64,000 nucleotides of DNA. Origin: the human T2T-CHM13v2.0 reference genome, Homo sapiens. Below are positions 42,143 to 60,210 of the stretch, one piece after another. The position numbers and the translations under genes were made by a program. Each line of letters begins with the position of its first letter. The stretch's first letter is position 1. The stretch is from assembly GCF_009914755.1 (NCBI RefSeq), contig NC_060947.1, one strand, 5' to 3'. The notes below the pieces were generated by a model. It did not search any database and was not told the DNA's origin. It saw nothing but the letters and a program-made list of their open reading frames with translations.

Positions 42143-43333
42143 GTAAGAATTATCACAGAACTATATTCCTTGTAAACAAATGTTTCTTAATTGTGCATGT
42201 GGTTTGATTTTTATTAGCTTTGCTATTTTTAAAAATTGAATCACTTGCATCTTAATGGTTGAAAATTAATTGATAGCTATGTTGAGAATATGGTAAAATT
42301 TTACTTTGAAAATGAAGTACTTAAGAATCGTGCCATGTGGCTGCTTTTTAAATGAAATTGCCTTTTGCTGCTTCTTGTGGGGGTCAGATATAATTGTCTC
42401 ATACTGAATTTGCTTTATCCCATTCTCTTTTTTCTTTTATCATCTTTCTGTCCTGCGTAAATTTTGGTTTGTCAGTTATGGTATGGCATTTAAGTATTTT
42501 TATTTGATTGTCTTAAAGCAGTCAAAAATAAGAGTGTTAGCCAATTAGATATCATTCCTGACCTTCTATTAGATTAAGCAAATTATCTACAGAAGAGAAG
42601 CTGTGGTTGGCTTTTTGATTTATCATGTGTACCTGCCCCTGATGCTACATATTTAGAAGGAGAAATTGAGTTACAGGAACTTCCCTGACTTGGTAGAGCT
42701 TCTTTTACATGGCCAACATCACCCGGATTTGCCCAGGATATATGTTGATGTTCCATAGTATCTGTCTGGCACAGCCCTGGGTATTCATTCAGCTTATTAA
42801 CTGAATACTTATTCTGTTTCAGGCATGTACTGTAGTTACTACTTTTTGATTAATAAAGTCAGATTAGAATTCATTAGGTACCTCCCCAGGCATATTTTAG
42901 GTTGTAAGCCTTTGAAACCCTTCCTGAATAGTTGTCAGACAATTGATTTTGAATAAAATGGCACAATAGGCAAGCAACATAATGGAACTAGTCAAAAGTA
43001 CCTAAGTGCTATGCCACAGTGGTTCCTGAGAAAGGATTGGTTGTTGGTTCAGAAGTAAACAACTCAGAAGGTCTCAAAAAGATAGGTAGTGTGCTCAGTG
43101 TGCTCCTTCAGCCCTCCTGAAGACATAGGAAAATAATGGAATTAGACTTTATTTTCTATTATAGTCATTTCCAGACTATTCCAAAGGGGCCTCAAGAGTT
43201 AACATGCAGCCATGGAGAGGCTGAGGCCAGGTGGTTTAAGTGAGCAGATGAGTTTTAAGCACTAACTAGAAGTTGTGTGAGATTTTTCTTAAATACTTCT
43301 TTGGGTAATTTGTTCTTGATTGTAATTTTACAG

Positions 43334-43500
43334 ACCAATGCAGGCAATGAGCCAGACTTGGAAGACGAACAGGTTTGCTGTGAAGCATTGGAAGTGATGA
43401 CCTTATGTTTTGCCTTGATTCCAACAGCCTTAGATGCTCTTAGTAAAGAAAAGGCTTGGCAGACATTCATCATTGACTTACTATTGCACTGTCACAGCAA
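43334..43500 (+). CDS. USP9X: USP9X exon ~26 (167 nt): [55 protein letters not shown](K)
   Basis: ttacag|ACC acceptor, CAA|gtaagt donor. Confidence 0.95.
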
Positions 43501-44979
43501 GTAAGTATCTTTTTTAATTGTAAGAAACTTACTTTTTGTAAATGGAGTGAATTAATTTAGGCTGGCAAAATGTGTCCCCAAAATTAAATATTTATTGTCT
43601 CTATGGCATATTGGTATTGAGGAAAATTTTATTATTTAAGAGTGTTTTGCTTAACCTAAATGTTTGGTTTTAGTCTCTGCAAATGCCAATATTAATTGTC
43701 AAAGCATGATTTTTTTCTAATCTTAGAATTTAGTTTTACCTGGGAGGTATATAGATTAGCCTATTTCTAAAAATCTAGTTTGCAAGATTTAAATCATATA
43801 GGACATTAGCCTCCTATCTTAGATTCCTAGATGCCAGGTTTTTTTTAAAGCCAAACAGAATTTGATATGAAATTTGTAAGACAGGGTCATTGTAAGAACT
43901 TTTGCAGTTTACACTGATAATAAAGATCAGTTATAAAGCTCATGTTTTCATTTCAAGAGCATTTAATCAGTGGCAGTAATTTTGTTTTGGGTTTCTTTTT
44001 CTGCAAGTCAGTCAGATTTATAGAAAATGTTGGTTTCCATCCTCTTGTATCAGTCTGATCCTGATCTTCGTATATGGTAACTTTATTAACTTGGGCTCTA
44101 ATTTGTGTCACTGTTGTATGTAATTAACTTGTTTTATCTGTATTTTGTGAAAAGACACAGAAAATGTTTACTTTCATCATTCCATCACATGCCATTCAAT
44201 AATGACAAAATTCATTGATGAAAGGTTGATGTAAATTCACAATAAGTCATTTGTTGAAATGAAACATAGTAATAATTAAAGTTTTAAAAATGTACATGCT
44301 GTGGGGGGTAGGGTTCAACTTGCCCACTCGAGAGGATGTAGAGTCTGAAGTGGGAATGTCACTTTAGAGTCTAAAGTGATTTAGTGGGTTTAAAGTGTGA
44401 ATATCACCTATTTTAAGAAGGTCCTTGGGTAAGTTCTTTGAAGAAATCCAGTCCAGCCTATTCAGAAACTCTTAACAGGATCCCCACAAATCGGGTTGGG
44501 CGTGCTACCTCCTTGAGAAGACAATCCTGCACGTTGGAAAAGATAAATAGGTTTAGTAAGTCTAATTCCATTTAATGATGCATACGTGTGGGAATGGTGA
44601 GGATAGGAAAGATGATTAGCCAACAGTTTTAATGATGTCAAACCTGGAGGGTAGCAAGTTTGTTATTCTATGTTGAATTTTTAAAATCTTAAATTAGGAA
44701 CTTATTTCATCTCTTAGTCTACTAACTATTAAGGAACTTGATTTAACAGGGTTTTTTGCCCTCTACCCTTTATGAAAATTACCCTTATATAAGTCAGAAC
44801 CATTTTGCCCCTCTCTTCCCTGAAACTTGCATGCAGTGCGGTAATGTACTGCAGAAAGCATGTTATCTCATTATGTCACCATATTGTCTGCAATAATAGG
44901 GAGGGCGTTCTAAGTTAGGATCTTTTTGAGTTTTAAGTACCTGATTTTTTATAAATATCTGAATACCTATGTAGGTTCA

Positions 44980-45456
<477 letters not shown>

Positions 45457-46029
45457 TTATAATCCTATAGTAACGTTTAAGCATAGTTATTTACAAGGTA
45501 CTTCTCACTTAATCCGTATAGCAACTCAGAAGTAGACTTTGCTGATGGAGAGGCACAAGGACTGTAGAAATTAAATGACTAACAAGGGCATAATGATCAC
45601 TAAATGCTAACACTAAGACTGAAGGTTTTCTGCTTCTTGAGTTCTGACATTTCTGCCACACAAATTGGGCTCTGGGTGTAATTATAATCCACCAGCAAAT
45701 ATGTGAATCCCTACCTATGTGCTTGGCAATTAAAACCAAAGTCAAATAAGGCAGTTCTTGCACTCAAGGAACTTTGAGAGAGAAATTGGTGCCATAAAAG
45801 GTAAAATACTTTGAGAATTGGAAAGGCCATAACTTACTTTCTACCTGGAAGGAGCAAAAGTGAAGGTTTTGTGCAGGATGTAGCATGCGAGCTCATGTTT
45901 GGGCAGGATTTATATGTGCATAAAAGTAGAAGATGGTCATTGCCAGTGCGCTCTCTCTCTCCCTTTCTCACTCCCAGTTATGTGGCTTTTACTTCATGTG
46001 TCTTTGAACTCCATACACTTTCCTCCTCA

Positions 46030-47345
46030 TGGTCTACCCTGATCTAAGCAGTCTGGACCCATTGCCTGGACAATCATAGTATCCTTGATCTTCCCACCTG
46101 TAGTGTTGTACTCTTCTAATCTGTTGACTACACGGCAAGCAGAGTGATCTCTAGAAAATATGAGCATGTTGCTTTCCTGCTTAAAATCTTTCCATGTCTT
46201 CCCGTTATCTTTGAATTAAGTTCAAACTTTTAAATTTGGCTTATAAGCACTCCATAATTTGGTCCCTGCTTCTACTCATTCAGAAGTTTCAACTTAAATG
46301 CCACATATTCTAGTAACTTTTCCTTATCCCTAATCTAGGAAAGGTTTCCTAGACCTCTGTTCCTGTTAGATGGTCTGCTTCCACATCATGACACTGACTT
46401 TATTTTATTGTAGTTAGTTGCAATGGATTTAAATTCTTTTAGATAAACGATATTTTTTTCTGCTGTTTCCACAGCCTGTTGTTTTATTCCCTGCCTAGTT
46501 AACTCACTTATGTTACCTCTCTGATCCGAGAAAGCATTTGACTTTGCCACTCCTGGGATAGTGCTTTCAGAGCAGAGCTGAGTATTTGGTTAAATGTTTA
46601 GAAAAGGAGTCAAGGATAATACTGTACAGGAGGTTAGTGGGAGTCAGTTTGACAGAAGGCCTATGGTGCTAAGGTCTAAGCAGTGTTTGATGTTAATGTG
46701 GTGTAGGCAGTCTCATGTATATGTTTGGTAAATATTGATCAAATACCTATTGTCTACAAGACACTACCCACTGTGGATATGGCAAAACAGACAAAATCTT
46801 AGCCTTCTAGGAGCTTACATGCCAAAAGGGATGGGGGAAGAGAAGGCATACGAGAAGTATATCAGATAGGAATAAGTGCTATGGGGGTGAAATAAAGCAG
46901 GAAAAGGGGCTGTGTAGTACGGGGCATGAGTGGAGTTCATTTTTTTATAGGGTAGTTGAAGAAGACTTCACAAAGGTGATAGCTTTGTTTAGAGGTCACC
47001 TTTTATCATTACCTTTCAGAGCAAAGTAATAATCCATGTGACTCATGGAGAAAGTATATTTTAAGCAGAAAAAACAACAGATGTATATGCCCAGGCATGT
47101 CAGGAACATGCCTGACATGTGAAAGAACAGCAGGGAAACTGGAGTGGATGGAACAGAGGCGGTAGGGGACGGGGACAGTTGTAGGGAATAAAGTCAGAGA
47201 GGATAACAAACACCCTGTGAGGGTTTTTATAGGTCATTGTGAAGACATTGACCCTAAGTGAGATGGGAATCTTTCAGAGGGTTTTAAGCAGAGAAATGAT
47301 GTGCTCCACCTTAACTTTGTAAGTTTATTCTGGTTAAGAATAGTA
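46030..47345. mobile_element. L2 LINE fragments in both orientations
   Basis: gcaagcagagtgatc...ttcctgcttaaaatctttccatg; and caaaacagacaaaatc...ggagcttacat...gaccctaagtgagatgggaa...gggttttaagcagagaaatga. Confidence 0.65.
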
Positions 47346-47376
47346 TGTAGGATAGCAGGAAAAGCAAGCTATTTTA

Positions 47377-47850
<474 letters not shown>

Positions 47851-48296
47851 GTAAAAGGGACTGACTGTTGTGAAGATAGAGGCAACAGGATTAGTTGACA
47901 GAAATGTGTTTCTTTTGAAGCACTCTAGAAGTCTGCATTTGCTCAGGGAAGTTCTATCGGGTATTCACGAGCATCAACTTTTTATTGCCCCTCATATTTG
48001 GGCTGTATACCTAGCTTATTGAAAAATTAGTAAACCAAAGCAGTGGGAATAGCATACCTTTGAAAATCTGATTAAGTTATGGGCTTGCTCCCAGAAAAGT
48101 AGATACGCCTGACTTTGGTTTACTTGGGTTCCCCCCAAATTCTACCTCCAAAAATTTTAGGGGCTTCTGAATCCCTCTGATTTATAGGCCTATGGACTGT
48201 TTTCAGAAACCTAAGATACCCTCTAGGGAGGGAGGTTAGTACACAGAATGTATGCTGTCAGGTCCTTTACACTTGTACTTTAAATTAAGTTCTGAG

Positions 48297-48610
<314 letters not shown>

Positions 48611-48943
48611 TTATCTAGTAACTAGTACAAAGACAGAAATGTAGTTATCCATGAAATGCAGTTTGTGATGTCTATAAGATATTCACAAATGCTTAGCAGG
48701 TACTTGTTGAGCATCTTCCATGTGTCATACATTGTTCTAGGTGCCAGGACCTTTGGCATCAAGAAAGCCCCTACCCTTAAAGAGCTTACTTTGTAATGGA
48801 GATAGACTACACATTTGATAACTGGTTCTTGAGGTCCTCTTATACGCCAGACACTATTCTAGGTTCCAATGGCACAGTTTTAATTAAAGGTAGATGATGT
48901 CTCTGCCCTCTTGGAGCATTTTATTCTAGTGAGATCTATATAG

Positions 48944-49358
<415 letters not shown>

Positions 49359-49542
49359 TGTGGTTCTCAATGTTTAGTGCACATCAGATTGACCTAAAGA
49401 GTTTATTAACACATTGCTGGGCCCCACCTCCAGTATTTCTGATTCAGGAGGTCTGCATTGGAGCCTGAGAATTGGCATTTCTAACAAGTTCCCAGATAAT
49501 GCTGATGTTGCTGCTCTGGGGACCGTGCTTTTGGAACTGCCA
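49359..49542. mobile_element. MER5A hAT MITE
   Basis: gtggttctcaa...ttgctgggccccacctccag...ctgagaattggcatttctaacaagttcccagataatgctgatgttgctg. Confidence 0.85.
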
Positions 49543-49555
49543 GTACGGTATACGG

Positions 49556-49842
49556 CAGCAGTCCCCAACCCTTTTGGCACCAGGGCCCAGTTTCATGGAA
49601 GACAATTTTTCCGTGGATCAGGGAGGTAGTGGGGGATGGTTTCGGGATGAAAGGATTCCACCTCAGATCATGAGGCATTAGTTAGATTCTCATAAGGGGC
49701 ACATAAGCTAGAACCCTTGCATGTGTAGTTCAATAGGGTTTGCGCTCCTATGAGAATCTAATGCCACCGCTGATCTGACAGGAGGCGGAGCTCAGGCCAT
49801 AATGCTCATTTGGCCTTCTGGCCTGGGGTTTGGGGACCCCTG
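49556..49842. mobile_element. MER1B hAT element
   Basis: cagcagtccccaacccttttggcaccagg...ttagattctcataagg...ctgatctgacaggaggcggagctcagg...ttggggacccctg. Confidence 0.85.
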
Positions 49843-50274
49843 GTGTAAGAGACATCTGCCACAATAGCCTTACCGTGGTTACTACAGAATTTCCACAGAG
49901 CTGTTGTGCAGAACCACAGTTGAATAAAAATTCTGTGGAAGGCCAAAAAGATGCATAAGGTTATTGTAGTAGAGCATTTGGTATATAGAGGAACATTTCC
50001 AGCCTGTTCCAAGAAAGAGGTGTTAGAAGGTGGTATCCCTCAAACTCTTAGTGTCAATTTGAGGTTATAGTCCTGGACATACAGCTTAAGTTCATGTATT
50101 ATGTGGTGTTGGCTTGAGTGCTTGTTGTGTGTAGGTAGGGTAATCCTGTATCCTTACTATTAATTTATTTCCCTTTTATACTCCCCCCACCTCTCCTCCC
50201 CAAGAGGGAACAATGTTACAATCATTTTTTAAAATGGAAATAATGTATTAAATGTGAAACATTTTTTATTTCAG

Positions 50275-50383
50275 AACTGTTCGTCAGGTGGCACAGGAGC
50301 AGTTCTTTTTAATGTGCACCAGATGTTGCATGGGACACCGGCCTCTACTTTTCTTCATTACTCTACTCTTTACTGTTTTGGGG
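50275..50383 (+). CDS. USP9X: USP9X exon ~27 (109 nt): [36 protein letters not shown]
   Basis: tttcag|AAC acceptor, GGG|gtgaga donor. Confidence 0.95.
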
Positions 50384-50615
50384 GTGAGACTTTTTAAAAT
50401 ATGCTTATCAATGTGATTCATTCTTTAAGCAAGAAACATTCAGAAATTTGTGGTTTTAGCTTGCATTAAAGTTAGGACAGTCTATATTTAATAAATGAAG
50501 TACTACTTTATTTCCCGCACTGTGGTAGTCATCTTCTCTAGTTAACTCTGGGTTTTTAAAAAAGTGGATTTTGAGGATGGACGTGTAAATTGATATTATT
50601 CTACTCTGTTTCCAG

Positions 50616-50762
50616 AGCACAGCAAGAGAGAGAGCTAAACACTCAGGCGACTACTTTACTCTTTTAAGACACCTTCTTAATTACGCTTACAATAGTAATA
50701 TTAATGTACCCAATGCTGAAGTTCTTCTCAATAATGAAATTGATTGGCTTAAAAGAATTAGG
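50616..50762 (+). CDS. USP9X: USP9X exon ~28 (147 nt): [49 protein letters not shown]
   Basis: ttccag|AGC acceptor, AGG|gtaagt donor. Confidence 0.95.
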
Positions 50763-51387
50763 GTAAGTTTTAGTTAATACTCCATTTATATGTCATTATT
50801 AGTAAATAGAATGTTTTATTGATGATTTATATTTTTTGAGCATTTTGGTTAAATGGAAAACTCCAAAGATTGATAAAAGGGACCAAAGAATGTACTCTGC
50901 ATCAGTGGACGTTAGTAATCTGTGATTCACAAAATGCATATCTAGTTTAGTAAAATGAATTGCTTACTTGACACTTGAAATACTGATGTTCAGCTTCTTT
51001 TATTTTAGCATTTTGGGCCTTTTTGCAAATTCTAATTTTTAAAAAAAGTATTCTTGAATTGTTTATGTCAAAAATGAGTCTGATAGAGCAGAACTTTCTA
51101 CCATAACATCTGATACTTTTTACTTAGGCAAAATGATACAAGAATTTATTTCTGAAGAGATTTGTAGTTTTTAGCCTTCAAATTAGCATTTCTTCTAGTA
51201 GTTCATAAAGCCAATTTCTAGAAAGTTCTGAAGAAAACAAAGTTGTTTGAATGGAAAGACTTAAGGAAATTATCTCATATCCCTCCAGCTCTGTCTCGTT
51301 CTGGCTCCTCTCTCCCTCTTTACCTCCCTTTCATAAGCTAGACATTTGATTTCTTCCCCCCCCCACCCCACCCCCCGCCTTTGGCAG

Positions 51388-51534
51388 GATGATGTTAAAA
51401 GAACAGGAGAAACGGGTATTGAAGAGACGATCTTAGAGGGCCACCTTGGAGTGACAAAGGAGTTACTGGCCTTTCAAACTTCTGAGAAAAAATTTCATAT
51501 TGGTTGTGAAAAAGGAGGTGCTAATCTCATTAAA
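51388..51534 (+). CDS. USP9X: USP9X exon ~29 (147 nt): [49 protein letters not shown]
   Basis: poly-C tract then ttggcag|GAT acceptor, AAA|gtaagt donor. Confidence 0.95.
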
Positions 51535-51709
51535 GTAAGTTCTGTGTTCTTGGTTGTAAGCTACATATCATAACCTTCTAAATGTTTATAATCAAATTTA
51601 ATTAATTTATAGTAGTATCATGTCTTTGTACTTTCTTGATCTTTTCTCTTTTTTAAGAATCTTTATCAAATTTACAGTAATTTAAGAAATACAGTTATGC
51701 CTTACTTTA

Positions 51710-52060
<351 letters not shown>

Positions 52061-52549
52061 AGATACTTTATAAAGTAATTGTTGTTTAGTTTTTCTCTTT
52101 GGAAAATCTGAATTGTTAATTTCATTTAATGAGGCAAACCTCTTTTGTAAGAATGCATCTTGTATATCTTTAATGAGTTTTTTCATACATGTAGTAACAC
52201 AAGGAAACAAAGTTTCATTTTTGTACATTTTATTTCTATTCAAAATGGGTTTAATTTGCTATACACTTGATTAAAGGAGCAAACATTTAAAATAAAAATT
52301 TTGATAAGTACTATATTCAGTTCTTTCTTAATATTTACAAATTTATTTAACCTGCGAAATTAGGTATGTTAGTGATAGTAAATAGTGTTTTGAAGGAAGA
52401 TCTTTTTATTAGAAAATCTGAGTTTTCTGAGATGTAATGAGATCTTAAATTCCAATGAGTAATTTTAAAATGATTTACTTACAAGAGAACTTTTTTTTTC
52501 TAAAAATATATAGCATTGCTAATATGTAATCCCTTTTTCAACTTTTTAG

Positions 52550-52772
52550 GAATTAATTGATGATTTCATATTTCCTGCATCCAATGTTTACCTACAGTAT
52601 ATGAGAAATGGAGAGCTTCCAGCTGAACAGGCTATTCCGGTCTGTGGTTCACCACCTACAATTAATGCTGGTTTTGAATTACTTGTAGCATTAGCTGTTG
52701 GCTGTGTGAGGAATCTCAAACAAATAGTAGATTCTTTGACTGAAATGTATTACATTGGCACAGCAATAACTA
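52550..52772 (+). CDS. USP9X: USP9X exon ~30 (223 nt): [32 protein letters not shown]...MYYIGTAIT
   Basis: ttttag|GAA acceptor, CTA|gtaagt donor. Confidence 0.95.
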
Positions 52773-52926
52773 GTAAGTATTTTTAATAGAATGTGATAAT
52801 TGATCATTTCAATGTTTCAAAGTTGTTTTCCTGTTTTTCTTTCAGAAAATATTTCCAACTTACGTATTTCTTTCAGTAACTAGTTTAACATTTTTAGTGA
52901 GTGAATGAACAGTTAAGACCATTATA

Positions 52927-53294
<368 letters not shown>

Positions 53295-53422
53295 TTAAGT
53301 GGCATCCTATAAGTGGTGTCGCCATTTGGCAAGATAAATTTCATCTCATGAAACCTGTCATAAAATTCAAACTCCAGATTAAAAGGTAGCCAAAGTAAAT
53401 GCCGTAGAGTATAGACGTAAAA

Positions 53423-53750
<328 letters not shown>

Positions 53751-55080
53751 CAGACTTAAAACTTTAAGTTGCATGTATTGGAAAACCTTTCAGGTCTTCA
53801 CTTAGAAGTTCCGTAACGTTATGAGTTCGAAGAAAATCTGGCTTTGAAGATTAGAACGTGAGAAGTTACCATTTTGGTGCACCTTATTTATGTTCTCATT
53901 TAATGCCCACACCAGGCGCATGAATAGGCTGCAGATTTCAGACCTTACAGATAAGGAATTGAAGCTCAAAAGGGCAAGGGCAATATAAAATATTAATAAC
54001 AGAAAAAGCAGAAATAAGCATAATTGATGCTGTTTTAAGAGAAAATCGCTATTTAGAACACTTAAGAATATAATTGATTATAGTAAATCTTTAAGAACAT
54101 GTCAAATTACTTTTTGATGTGTTTCAGAATGTTTGGAAGTTTTAAATAACATCTCAGGAATTTCTGAATAAATTGATTGCTTAAAAGGTTAGACCTTTAG
54201 CTGTCCTATCAAATCTATGTATTGTGAGAATTCTTGTATTTTTTTTTAACTTAATGGGGGTTAATTTTTTAATCACAGATTGGAGTATAGTACAACGTTG
54301 TTTGCATCCTTCCCTATCTGCCATTGTTCCCTGTCAACACAGAAATATTTACCTAATTCCATTTTTGGCCATGCAGTTTGGTATGATATAATTAACTGGC
54401 CCCCTAGACAATGATACTTAATGTTGTTTCCAGGTTTATACTAGGTGGAGGGAGATAGGAAGATGTACAGTGATTTACAATTATCACAAATCTGCTGTCT
54501 TGCTTGCTCCTCAAAATAGCATTATAGATATCAGGAAAGCAAGTGTTACTTTTATTATTACATTTACTAGGAAGAAACAGAAAGTTACCTAAAGGTGGGG
54601 GAAAAAAAGTGGTAAGCATCAGAACCAGGATGTGAGCCCATGTGGTTTTAGGATTATTTAAAACTGAGAAAATTATAATGTGTTGATATATTTAGATAAC
54701 ATTTCATTCCTTGCCAAATTTGAAGGCAAAAGTATCAAATATTAAGAAAGTGAATAATGGCTAAAAATAAAGATGCAAGTAAAGTTAGCATGTAGACATT
54801 AGAATTATACTATCTTGTACTTTTGAGACTGCCATAGAAGCAACATCATATGAAACGGGTTTGCGGGTGATTGGATAAGAAGCTGCACAGTGGTGCCTGT
54901 TGCTGTATATTTTAGATTGTTGGAAGATGAAGTGCAAACTCAGAACACTGCTTCAGGTTGCTGTAGGGTTAGTCGAATTATGGGTGGTAGAATTATTGCC
55001 AGGGTTGCTTTGTCAGCATAATAGAGTTTGAAAGGACAGAATGGCCGTGTTCATGCTACAAGAATCTTTCCTTCTCTCAG

Positions 55081-55301
55081 CTTGTGAAGCACTTACTGAG
55101 TGGGAATATCTGCCACCTGTTGGACCCCGCCCACCCAAAGGATTCGTGGGGCTGAAAAATGCCGGTGCTACTTGTTACATGAATTCTGTGATTCAGCAAC
55201 TCTACATGATTCCTTCCATTAGGAACGGTATTCTTGCCATTGAAGGCACAGGTAGTGATGTAGATGATGATATGTCTGGGGATGAGAAGCAGGACAATGA
55301 G
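55081..55301 (+). CDS. USP9X: USP9X exon ~31 (221 nt): start of USP catalytic domain, Cys box [18 protein letters not shown] (catalytic Cys codon 55173-55175) and acidic loop [13 protein letters not shown]
   Basis: ctctcag|CTT acceptor, GAG|gtaaat donor; canonical USP/UCH-2 Cys-box motif G(L)xNxGxTCYMNSxxQ. Confidence 0.97.
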
Positions 55302-55422
55302 GTAAATTTGAGTTACCATTTCTGTTTTCTGTGTTTCAAGTTATGATACCAGATACTATTCTCTCTTAAGAGAGTGTTATACTTTCATCAAACGTATTAA
55401 AGTATATTTGAAAGTTAGGGAT

Positions 55423-55616
<194 letters not shown>

Positions 55617-55678
55617 CTACCTCTTAACATAGTATAGTTCTCACTACCTACCAGAATTTAAACTGCAGATAATTTTTA

Positions 55679-56041
<363 letters not shown>

Positions 56042-57194
56042 TTAGTATAATTTGGGGTTTGTTTGATGGTAAGAACCTTCATTTTTGATAATAGTTTTAA
56101 ATTTTTACTTTTCTATTTCTAAATTTTAATTTTCTATTTTATGCCAAGTTATACAGTATCTGCCAATTTCACTGTCTGTGCTTACTTTTAGGTTATTCTT
56201 TGAATTTCCCTTAGATCATAGCTCTTCTTGATTAGGAAACAAACTTTCCCTACTTTAAATAGTCTCACATAGTCTTGTGGCAAAATTTAGGCTGCCTACT
56301 GAGTATCCAGTGCAGTATAAAGCAGTGAAGAAGTTGAGTTGTAGTGGCGAATCAGAATTGACATAACTGTAAGATAGCTCTTTAAAGAAGAGCATATGGC
56401 AAGAAGACTTAAGTTGTGGTCATGTTTGTGCTTACCATGTAATATTTCCTTGGTTTTACTTTTCCTGTTTATAGTGATAGTGGGAACTGAAGAGAGAAGC
56501 CAGAGTATATTCTAATTGTAGTAAATGGTTCTTTTCATTCCCTCCCTTCAGTTGCCAGAACTGATTTTGCTCTGAAGAAGTAGTTTATCAATTGGAGCTT
56601 CTGAAACATCTACTTGCCTCAACTCTTCCCTGGACCTGCTGTGCCAGATGGTCTAGGGATTGGGTTCTGAGCACTTTCACTTTATAAAAAAAAGCTTCAT
56701 AAAGGACACTTATACCCATACCTGATTAAAAACCACTGCTCTGGGAAAAAAATGTAATTCAAATTCCAGTTCTGGAGCCCATCATATACCTGGGATATTG
56801 AGTTAAACACAAGTAGATATAGGTAATTGTACTGGCAAGAAGTAAATGAGGCATAGAAAATATAACACAATTTCAAATAAGGTGTACCACTTTTACTCTC
56901 ATGGTATCCTCTGCTCCATGTTGTCTCTGCACCCCAGTGTACTGTGGGAGTTTTTGTGGGGTTTTTTGGGTTTTGGTTTTTTTGGCTTATGTTTTTGTTT
57001 CCATCCCTAGAGTATAAGTTTCTCATGGGCAGGGACTGGTTGTTGTCTATTTCTATATCAGAGTTATCAGATACAACTCAGAGAATACTGAAAGATAGTT
57101 AAATGTAAAAACACATTCTTCTTTGTAGCTGCCATATGATTATGACCTTTAGGAATTCTGTCTTCATGTTACATCTTACACCACTACTTCTGTT

Positions 57195-58590
<1,396 letters not shown>

Positions 58591-58594
58591 TACT

Positions 58595-58890
58595 AGTCAT
58601 GCACCACATAACAACGTTTCAGACAATTACAGACCATATATATGACAGTAGTCCAATGAGATTATAATGTCGTATTTTTACTGTACCTTTTCTATTTTTA
58701 GATGCACAGATTCACCGTTGGTTTGCAGTTGTCTACAGTATGTAGTACAATAACATGCTGTACAAGTTTACAACCTAGGAGCAATTGGCTATACCATCTA
58801 GGTTTATAGGTACACTATGATGTTCACATGACAAAATACCTAATGATGCATTTCTCAGAATTTATCCCTGTCATTAAGCAAAGAATGACT
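58595..58890. mobile_element. Tigger3/MER7-like DNA element
   Basis: agtcatgcaccacataacaacgtttc...gatgcatttctcagaatttatccctgtcattaagc...atgact. Confidence 0.8.
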
Positions 58891-59322
58891 ATACTGATAT
58901 AGGTATATTTTATTGACAGATCTGAGCATTTTATATACAACAGCTACACAGAGGATATATTACCCCCATTCACACGTAAAGAAACTTGAAGCCTAGAAAG
59001 TTTAAGTAGTTTTTACTTGCTCAAAGTTACTTGGTTTATAAGTGGTAGAGCCTGCATTTATGTCTAGTTCAGTCTAAATTACTATGCTAATGCTACACTA
59101 TATTATCTATCTTTCTTACACATGGTCAGGGTTATTTGGTTATGATAACTAATATGTGAAATGGTGGGGATAAACACTAAATAACTAAAAATTTATAAAT
59201 TGAAAAGTGCTTTGGAAATGAGCATAATAGGAATACAAATCATTTGTTCAATAACTGCTTGGCATTTGTCTCAACGTATTTTATTATACTTTAGCTCATT
59301 GGTGACATTTTTTGGTTTCTAG

Positions 59323-59513
59323 AGCAATGTTGATCCCAGGGATGATGTATTTGGATATCCTCAACAATTTGAAGATAAACCAGCATTAAGTAAAACTGAA
59401 GATAGAAAAGAGTACAACATTGGTGTCCTAAGACACCTTCAGGTCATCTTTGGTCATTTAGCTGCTTCTCGACTGCAATACTATGTGCCCAGAGGATTTT
59501 GGAAACAGTTCAG
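59323..59513 (+). CDS. USP9X: USP9X exon ~32 (191 nt): [63 protein letters not shown](R)
   Basis: ttctag|AGC acceptor, CAG|gtaaac donor. Confidence 0.95.
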
Positions 59514-59876
59514 GTAAACTATGGATGGACAGTAATAGAGATACTTCTTAAAATGAACATCTCAATACACTAACATTAAACCTCTAAAAGACATGTTGGA
59601 AGGCATCTTTTTTTAAGCACTGGTAATATTCAAACTGTCCTTAATTGGGTGGGTTTTTTTTTTTTTTTTTAGGTCCCCTTAGGAAGAAGTAGAAACTGCC
59701 ATAGTAAGTAAGGGCAACATCCTTTAGTCTCTTAACCATATTATTAACTTTTTATTAGGAAAACATCTAATAAATACAGAAGTAGAAAAAATAGTATGAA
59801 CCCCTGTATACTTGTCACCCAACTTCAGTAGTAGTCAACTTGTGGCCAGCCTCATTTAATCTATATTCTTAACCTA

Positions 59877-60210
<334 letters not shown>

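Noticed and set aside
51216-51228. Perfect three-unit heat-shock element TTCtaGAAagTTC
   Set aside because: Only 9 specified bases; about one chance match is expected in an AT-rich 64-kb window and there is no supporting context.
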